Positions 55,348 through 64,000 of a stretch of DNA of 64,000 nucleotides are shown here, piece after piece (within the stretch, counting starts at the first letter, position 1; each line of letters begins with the position of its first letter). The position numbers were made by a program, and so were the translations under genes. Source of the stretch: Octopus vulgaris. Taxonomy: Eukaryota. The stretch covers positions 69,626,001 to 69,690,000 of the forward strand of contig OX597818.1 in NCBI GenBank assembly GCA_951406725.2, written 5' to 3'. The notes under the pieces were generated by a model. It was not told where the DNA came from. It saw only the letters and a list, made by a program, of their open reading frames with translations, and did not search any database.

Positions 55348-56296
55348 TTCTATGTTTTACTTTTGCTTTACATTTGCACAAGCTGGCTCCAAGTCTCACC
55401 CAGAGACCTCAAGAGACAACAAGTTGGAAGTTCATGTTGGTGTTATGCCTAGGGTGCCATATATTTGGTTTTGTACTTAGTGTTGTACTAGTGAATGTCT
55501 AAAAAACCATACGAAAATTTTGTTTGTTTTAGAACTTGAGATTACATAGAAAGTATTTTGTGTAGGATATGAGCAGTTCCCATGAACACTATCTTTTGAA
55601 TTTCTGCCAGTTTGGGGGCTTCCTGGTATCTGAGTTAGGTAACAATCAGCCCCTTTTCTAGCATTCCCAGGGCACCCATGACAACAGGTACTGTTTTAGT
55701 CTTCAGGTTCCACATTTTGCTGATTTCTATTTCAAGATCTTTATATTTGCTCAGTTTTTGGTAGGTCTTGACAGATACGTTTATATCGATTTGGACAGTT
55801 ATATCAATGAGGAGGCATGTTCTTTGTTTGAAGTCTTTCAATATGATGTCTGGCCTATTTGCATCTATCTTTCTGTCAGTTTGAATGGTGAAGTTCCAGA
55901 GGAGTGAGATGTGGTCATTTTCAAGCACTGGAGGTGGTTTGTGTTCCCACCAGTTTTTTTCATGGGGCAAGTCCAGGCTTTTGCAAATTACCCAGTGAAT
56001 ATATTGTGCAGCTCTATTATGCCTGTTGAGATACTCTGTAGGCGCAAGAAGACTGCACTTGGAGACAACATGATCAATGGTTTCATTTAGTTGTTGACAT
56101 ACACAACATGTTGGGCCACTGCCGTTCTTCTCAAGATTTTTACTCTCTGTTCCCAGGTTTCCAACAATTATTGTTACCAGTACCACCTTTTCATTGACCA
56201 CAACTGCTTAACCTCCCAAGCTAATCTGTCATATCTATCGACTTTTCTTTCTTCCTTATCACATACCTTGTTGTCAGCTGGGCATGCTATATCTAT
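55348..56296 (-). mobile_element. Chimeric RLE LINE 3' fragment (two families fused)
   Basis: IDIACPADNKV...LAWEVKQLWSM...IIVGNLG joined to CCVCQQLNETIDHVVSKC, RHN, RPDII, KYKDLEIEI. Confidence 0.85.
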
Positions 56297-56304
56297 TATT
56301 ATTA

Positions 56305-56371
<67 letters not shown>

Positions 56372-56380
56372 TTATCATCA

Positions 56381-56461
<81 letters not shown>

Positions 56462-56463
56462 GT

Positions 56464-56674
56464 CAGCGAGCTGGCAGAATCATTAGTGTGGCAGGTGAAA
56501 TACTTAGTGGTATTTCGTTTGTTGCTATGTTCGGAATCTAAATACCAGTGTGGCCAACTTTGCTTTTCATCCTTTTGGGGTCGATAAATCAAGAACCAGT
56601 CAAATACTGGGGTCAATATGATCGATTGCCACCCACCTCACAAAAATCCAGCCCTTGTGCCTATAGCAGAAAGG

Positions 56675-56677
<3 letters not shown>
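56464..56677 (+). mobile_element. SINE family B
   Basis: GCGAGCTGGCAGAATCATTAG...ACTTTGCTTTTCATCCTTTTGGGGTCGAT. Confidence 0.8.
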
Positions 56678-56733
<56 letters not shown>

Positions 56734-57168
56734 AAAATTCTATTGTTGTTTATATTACTGTTGTCGTCGTCATTGTTGTTGTTGTTGTTGTTAGCTTTGC
56801 AAACTCCTGCTGCATCTGACTTGTTTCCAGGAGGTTAAAAAGATTAAGAAAGAAAATTATTATCAATAGTGATTAAAATTACAAATGTAATTCAGTCTCA
56901 TTCTTGCACATCTCCATGCACCACGCCTTCTTCCTATCTTCTTCTTCCTCAACCGTTATTAACGACTTCCATTGGGTTTGTTTTTTTCTCCAATATTTGG
57001 TTATTTCTTTCATAATTTATTGGTTTTCCAATTTGGGTTGCAGCTGAGAAATGACGCTCATCAAAGCCGAGACATTTGTCCATTTTTCAAAAGTCTCCTT
57101 GCACTTAAACATCGCAGCCTTTTGGCATTTACACATGAACACACACATACACGCACATGCACACATAA

Positions 57169-57200
<32 letters not shown>

Positions 57201-57236
57201 ACATGCACACATATATGTGTATAAGTGTTAAGTTAA

Positions 57237-57468
57237 GGCGTTGAGCTGGCAGAGTGGTTAGTGCACCGGGCAAAATGCTTAGCAGTATTTCATTTGCCGT
57301 TACATTCTGAGTTCAAATTCTGCCAAGGTTGACTTTGCCTTTCATCCTTTTGGGGTCGATAAATAAAGTACCAGTTACGCACTGGGATCCATGTCATCGA
57401 TTTAATCCCTTTATCTGTCCTTGTTTGTCCCCTCTATGTTTAGCCCCTTGAGGGCAATAAAGAAATAA
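57237..57468 (+). mobile_element. Apparently full-length SINE family B with 16-bp target-site duplication
   Basis: A-box GAGCTGGCAGAGTGG, B-box GAGTTCAAATTC; ATATGTGTATAAGTGT at 57213-57228 and 57469-57484. Confidence 0.9.
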
Positions 57469-57483
57469 ATATGTGTATAAGTG

Positions 57484-57533
<50 letters not shown>

Positions 57534-57937
57534 TATATATGTATAGATAGAGAGATAGATAGATAGACAAAGATATCACAGTCTTGATCAGTCCAATCAG
57601 ATATGCTGTTAAACCCCACTGTTCACAATGCAGTTCCATTTCTGTCTTGATTGCACCATTCTTTTCTTTCTCGACCCCAATTTTTTGACTAAATCATCTT
57701 TCCATCATCGTGAAGGCCCTCCAAATGGCCTTTTCTAAATTCTTGGATAGAACTTGGCAACTGCATGGGTTCATCTGTTGTCTGTGAACCTTACAACATC
57801 TCCAGCCCTGCAGAACTTGTGCTTTCAGTATTCTTTTGGTATCACATTCTTCACTCCACTCCATTCTCCAATTATTTCATTTCAAAATGAAATGGAAAAA
57901 ATACAATTAAAAAAATGAATTGAATGAAATGAGAATG

Positions 57938-58345
57938 AGTGGCTGTGTGGTAAGAAGCTTGCTTCCCAGCCAGACGGCTCCAGTTTCAGTCCCACTGCAT
58001 GGCACCTTGGGCAAATGACTTCTGCTATAGCCAACTAAAGCTTTGTGAATGGATTTGGTAGAGGGAAACTGAAAGAAGCCTGTTGTGTGTATGTGTGTGT
58101 GTGTGTGTGTGTATGTGTGTGTTTGTATGAATGTGTTTGTGTGTTTGTGTTTGTACCCCACCATCGCTTGACAACCAGTGTTGGTGTGTTTACATCCCCG
58201 CAAATAGGCAAATCAGCAAAAGGGACTGATAGAATAAGTGCTAGTCTTACAAAGAATAAGTCCTGGGGCCAATTTCTTCAAATAAAGGTGGCACTCCAGC
58301 ATGGCCACAGTCAAATGACTGAAACAAGTAAAAGAATAAAAAATA
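57938..58345 (+). mobile_element. SINE family A
   Basis: AGTGGCTGTGTGGTAAGAAGCTTGC...GGCACCTTGGGCAAATG...CAAATGACTGAAACAAGTAAAAG. Confidence 0.85.
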
Positions 58346-58639
58346 AAAGATATATATATATATATATATATGTATATATGATATGAGGAGTTTTCATCAG
58401 GGTGGCTCAAAACTAATAGGTATATCTCTGAGGGTTCAAATTAGGGTTCCACTAAAATTCCTTTTTGAACTACAGTTCAAGACGTGATTTTGTGACTTCC
58501 TAAGGTGGCTAGAAGAGGCTTCCCCTTGAGTTGGTAAGTATAGATTAAAACAGAAGAGAAAAGGCAAGACAAGGACATTTAATTTAGCTTATATAATAAA
58601 GCTAAATAACTATCAAACTGTTTGCCTTTTCTTTTCAGC

Positions 58640-58818
58640 TTTAGATCAGTAGCCACTACACACATTTTTTCTCTCCTTGTTTTTTCCGTGTCCCTTTCTG
58701 TAGAGGAGCATAGGCTTGAAACATAAAAGACTTTTTCTATTCCTGAGCATTATACTAATAGATCTGTTTGTTTTGTACACCACCTGTCTTCATCTTTTGT
58801 TTTTTTCGAGAACTCTCC

Positions 58819-58820
<2 letters not shown>
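58640..58820 (+). mobile_element. Non-coding repeat with hammerhead-like motif, copy 3
   Basis: CTTT-CTGTAGA-GGAGC(ATAG)GCTT-GAAA-CATA-AAAG at 58694-58729; homologous to 39229-39410. Confidence 0.75.
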
Positions 58821-58858
<38 letters not shown>

Positions 58859-59862
58859 GCAAATATAAATATTGTTAAAATAACACATTAATATCCATCA
58901 AGAATAAAGCACCATATAAGTAAAATTATAAATACATAAGGCAGACGTACACAAAGTATGATCATTGCTAGAAATGACAGCCAGTATGTTTATGGCACTA
59001 TGTAGAGCTTCACTGAGTATTTACAGGCAGAGATGTGTGCAGGTGATGAATATAGGAAAATTCTGTCTTACCTCTATGGAGACTGTTAGAGGAATAAAGG
59101 AGAACTCAATACGGCAGTTTCAAACTGTTCGGGTCACATGTGTGAACACAAATCCAATTGGTTGTCTTCAGCTGAGTATACCTTGGACGACCAAATTTTA
59201 AAATATCCATTACATCTCTGCTTGTTTACTCACCTGTTTACTCACCTGATAGCCCCAGTCATAATCAGAATCAAAATCAGGGAAAAAATATAAATATCAT
59301 TAAAATAACATAAACATCCAGCAAAAATAAGGCAATGATCATACTTCATATACACCTGCTTTGTATGTTTATAATTCTACCTGTTATGGTGCTTTATTAA
59401 CTGGGGTACTTATGTGTCCTCATGACTTTTGCTTCTCATGTTTTTCCATGGGTGCTTGTAAGTATTTCATTTATTTCTTATCATATTCTCTGTTGATGAG
59501 TGGAAAAATCCGTTGGATTAATCCCAAAATTAATTCAATATAGAAATAACGCATTTTAAAAAATTCTGTTATCTTGCTTTCCTCAATTCAGCCTGATGTG
59601 TATTCGTAGTGATGTGTATTGTATGTGGTGATTGACGATTTAAAGTCTATTTCTCAGCATTTATTTTATTTTATTTTATCTGGTTTCAGCTCACAAGTTG
59701 TGGCCAGGCTGGGGCACCGCCATTTTGACATAGAAAACTTTATTCTTTTGCCCTTATTTATAATTGCTTTTACTTTTCACCTTTAAAGTTATTTTAATAA
59801 ACTTGGCCACTTTTGATGAAATTAAAGAAAAAATTTTAACCTTTATTAGAAGTATATATATA

Positions 59863-60152
59863 TCATCGTTATTGTTGTTTAACACACGCTTTCCATACTG
59901 GCATGGGTTCGACGGTTTGACTGAGGGCAGGTGAGCCAGAAGGCTGCACCAGGTTCCAATCTGATCTGGCGAAGTTTCTACAGCAGGATGCCCTCTCCTG
60001 ACGCCACTACAACAGTGTAGTGGGTGCTTTTTACATGTCACAAGCACGTGGGCCAGTCAGGCTATTCTGGCAGCAACCATGCTCAAAAGGTGCTTTTTAC
60101 ATGCTACCTGCATGGGAGCCAGTTTGGTGGCACTGGCAATGACCATGCTCGA

Positions 60153-60153
<1 letters not shown>
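59863..60153 (-). mobile_element. SINE family C
   Basis: TTTCCATACTGGCATGGGTT...GCTGCACCAGG...GGATGCCC. Confidence 0.8.
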
Positions 60154-60239
<86 letters not shown>

Positions 60240-61409
60240 CAGATATTGTGGTCATTTGTAATGTATGAATTAAGGAATTGTGTTCTCTCCCCAAGAACCC
60301 CAGTTCAACCATACTTTGCATCAACAGTTCCATACATATCTTGTTGCTCCAATAATGATGGGCATGATGCTGAAAGTATATCTTACGTACTGGATTTGCA
60401 AACTTCTTAAGTATTTATGGTCATGTGTATGCGTGTATGTTTATTTTCTTCAATTTGCACAACAACAATAATAATAATTCTAGCAAACGTTTCTAACAAA
60501 GGCACAAGACATCAACTTTTGATAAAGAATTCAAGCAATTAAATTGTTCTCCAGTGGTTGACTGGTTCTTTATCACATCGACCTCAGTGGGATGGAAGAC
60601 AAAGGTGACTTTGATAGGATTTGAACTAAGAATCTACAAAACAAAGGCTTCAAGGTATTTTGTTTGATATGAAGCATGTGAGTCCAGTCACCAAATGCAA
60701 GAAGTGAACTTGGAAGCCACAGGTTTGAGTATGAATTATGACATATAGATCAATGTACAGTGTGCACATAGGCAACATGTCCAGAGACAAAAATCCAAGA
60801 TTCAGCATTGTGGAAACTGAGTTTCAGGTGCACAATCATAGAATGACAGAATACACAACACAAATCACAAGATACTCAGTATAAAATCAAAGAACAAACA
60901 CCAAAAGTAAGCATAGAAATTTGAGCAATGAAGGAACCTGTGTAGAGAGAAGGTAATTCTGTTTAATTGTCCACCTGGTCATGAAATTTGTTCAGGAGGA
61001 CATAAATTGCACAAGCCAAGCAGCTAAATAATCCATATGGATTATTGCTTATCTGCTTTAACTATCAGGGCTGGTCTTAGTCACTGGTCATGTGGGCAGA
61101 TCACAGTCTTTTCAAATCACAATGTGAGTGTATAAGATACAAACTTTGAAATTCCAGGATGCACAATTTCAAGACGCTTAATACGAATACAGGTCAAAGA
61201 GTCAGAATAAACTGGGCAGTTTGAAGTCGTCTGTCAAGTGAGCATTTGGGCCACATTACAGCAGTGCTGGGGGTTCAAGGGTAATGTTGAAAATAGATAC
61301 AAAGTGGACAGATATATGTTAATGCGTTCAGTTGACTCAGATCACTAACAAACCTGTGGGTGTTTATTTTACAAGCAGAATTCTTCAATAACAGAAATAT
61401 GCTTGAACG

Positions 61410-61800
61410 ATTGTAAGTTAAATTTCTTTGTTTGCATGCAAGAGGAGAATGTCTTGTCTCTCATCTGCAAAATGCTGATAATTTCCAGCTTCTCCACACA
61501 AATAACATTAAGTACTTCACCCTGTAAACATTTTCACTTTTGTGGCTATATGCCAACTTATGAAAAAGAGGTTTTAGCTGTCTATCTTTCAGCTCCCAAA
61601 TGTATTTTGATAGTGCCATGGAATTTCACTTAAAACTGTTTCTGAATGTACTCATCTGTTGTGTGAAACAAACTTTGAATGTATTTTCCATCAGCCTGAT
61701 GTTTGTTTTGTTCACACTTTTGTCCACTCTTCATATTGGAACCTGGTGCAACCAAAGAGGCTTGAGAGCAAATCATCCAGCATTAAGAATACTTGTCTTA
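61410..61800 (-). mobile_element. Degenerate Penelope-like GIY-YIG fragment
   Basis: KTNIRLMENTFKVCFTQQMSTFRN...NSMALSKYIWELKD...SWHI...CYLC resembles the PLE pattern 'KTYIGLTE..FK.R...H..SF......T.LSKYIW.LK'. Confidence 0.65.
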
Positions 61801-62794
61801 CCATTTTGTTGCCCATTTGTATAATCTTCAACAACATCTTAAATTGACTCAAAATATGACTCCACTTACGGTCATATTGCTCATTGTTCCCTGGGGTGGG
61901 GTTCTTGTTCTGTATTTTACACATATTTTGTTTCCTTCAGTGGTGTTTCTTTTGTGTTTTATAGACTTTTTTTTTACACTCTCCAAAGATTTATCACATC
62001 TGTCAATTCTCCATCCCCCTTCCCACTCCACCCCATCATTGCCTGATAGCGGAATAATATTTTATGGGATATGGACTTGTCTTTTCTGTTGTTCATTCAT
62101 AGGCTTGAAGACGAGGTGAATTTTTCACTAATTCTGGCAGCTGTGACTGGTGTCAGTCTGGAAACAGCAGATTCTAAATCCGGCTGCTTTTATCTGTTTG
62201 TCTATTGCTTTCTCTCTTCTTCTGCTTTCCCTGTTTCTCAGGGCAGAAAACCCTCAAATGACTCTTATTACGTCACATGTAACACCATGACTTTCTATTC
62301 TGCTCCACCAGTTTCAATGATTTTGTTGTTAGTGTTGTTTCTACCTCACAATAGAAAAGAAGACAAGTAACCAAGTGGGTCCTGTATTGGACTCATGATT
62401 GTTAGGTAAGGGTTTTGTTTCATGGGTCAGACAGCACAAGTCCATAAGCATGACATTTCCTTTCACATTGTTCCAGTTTGCTCAACCTAAAATGCACACC
62501 AGAGGTAACTGTAAGTTTAAATCGTGATAGACTGGCATCACATTCAGGATGGAGTCCTGTATCTCTCAGTTGTTTCCATGAATGTTTTGAGAAACCAGGA
62601 TAAGCTTGGACTTGAATGAACCTGTGGACATTTGAGGCAGTATTTAACTTTGACAAGGAACACTTCTGGAATGTCTCTATGCTCTTGGAGGGATATTAAG
62701 ATCCAGATATCCATTGACATTCTACCTAAACTACTTCACTTCAGAATAATTACATTAAAATATTTGCAGGTATTTTTAATCATTCTAAAGGTGT

Positions 62795-62945
62795 AGCCAT
62801 GTGGTTTAGAAATTCTGAATGTAATCCCAAGATTCAAGGTTCCATATTTCTATATGGCACTCTGAGCAAGTGTTTTCTATAATGGCCTTAGTTTGACCAA
62901 AACCCTTCTGGCATAATTTGGTATGTGGATACAGAAAGCTTTCAG
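62795..62945 (+). mobile_element. Diverged SINE family A head
   Basis: GGCACTCTGAGCAAGTGTTTTCTATAATGGCC. Confidence 0.55.
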
Positions 62946-63415
62946 GTGTATGTGTGTTTGTATGCATATAATTCATGGGTATATATCGGGGCAGGATGAG
63001 AAAACTGATGAAAGAACCCAAAAACCAGTATTTTTAAAATGAAATTCCTTGAAATATTTGTTCTGCACCATGTGATAGACACTCCACTTGTTCTTATTGC
63101 ATTGGGAAGTGCAAACTTATGAGTATAGCATGAAAAATCTACAACCAATGAAGCTTTTGTTCACTAAATTCCATCCAAAACCAATAAAAGACAAATGATG
63201 TGATTCCAATATACAATCAGTTAAACGTTAAACACTTCAAATAAAATATTCTTAAACAAAGTGTTTGGATGCGCTTCCAAAACAATTTATCTTTAAGCTG
63301 GATGCTTTCGTTATTCATTCAGTCTATTGATAGTCATATTATTATTCATATTATTACTATTATTATTATTGTTATTATTATTATTCATATTCATATTACT
63401 ATTATTATTATTATT

Positions 63416-63457
<42 letters not shown>

Positions 63458-63574
63458 CTCTCCATTAGGTAATAAGAAATGTTTATTGCCATGCCTTTTG
63501 ACAGATGGCTAATAGTGTAGGAGTTGAAACGAAATATATATCTTTTCTAACGAAAACATCTGTAATTAACGGGA

Positions 63575-64000
63575 AGGAAAAACAGTGTCTCTTTTCAATA
63601 ATTAAGTTTGTCGAGCGATATTGCCAGTGTCTCATGTCAGTTTAATGTCAGTATCAAATACTGATATGACCTCCATGATATCTAATAAATATCATTTGTT
63701 CAAAAAGTATATATTTCAAATGAAAATATGCTCTGTGATGTGAAAAGCAGATTCTATTTAATTAGCAACACATGTAAGCTTCTTTTATTGTTTCTCTGTG
63801 GTTTATGATTAGCAATGAAGAGGAAGTCGGTGAACAGTTTCTTATCAGAGATGGAAATAGATTCACAGTTAACAAGAAACCAATCTGGATAATGAAGAAG
63901 CTGGACTTTAAAAGTGTGAAGATATAAAACTATGGCTTTCTCTCGGTTGCAATCAGCTATAATTGTTGTTTCTATTTTAGTCACCTGGTCAAGAGTTCTG
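63575..64000 (-). pseudogene. Possible highly decayed hAT (Charlie/Buster-like) transposase C-terminus
   Basis: IVLYLHTFKVQLLHYPDW, YMC...ESAF, DMR, LIIEKR..FS in the expected order; weak. Confidence 0.3.

Overview
AT-rich eukaryotic, non-prokaryotic DNA. The SINE families and the (TATG)n/(TAA)n/(CAT)n microsatellite load suggest an Octopus-like cephalopod intron or intergenic region; this is an inference. No host protein-coding gene could be supported, and almost all ORF-track entries are microsatellite artefacts. The window is a mosaic of tRNA-derived SINEs, restriction-like-endonuclease (RLE; R4/Dong-type) non-LTR retrotransposon fragments stacked in (TAA)n tracts, RTE and CR1-type LINE fragments, several Penelope-like (GIY-YIG) remnants and a decayed hAT transposase. 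The most notable hidden structures are: (1) a nested inverted cassette of four hammerhead-ribozyme-like motifs at 39.2-39.9 kb, with related motifs at 48.3 and 58.7 kb; (2) a (TAA)n-associated retroelement stack at 51.5-56.5 kb containing a ~580-bp non-coding element; (3) a ~70-bp direct repeat flanking a LINE fragment; (4) a 113-bp-arm foldback hairpin. All coordinates were read by eye and element boundaries are approximate.
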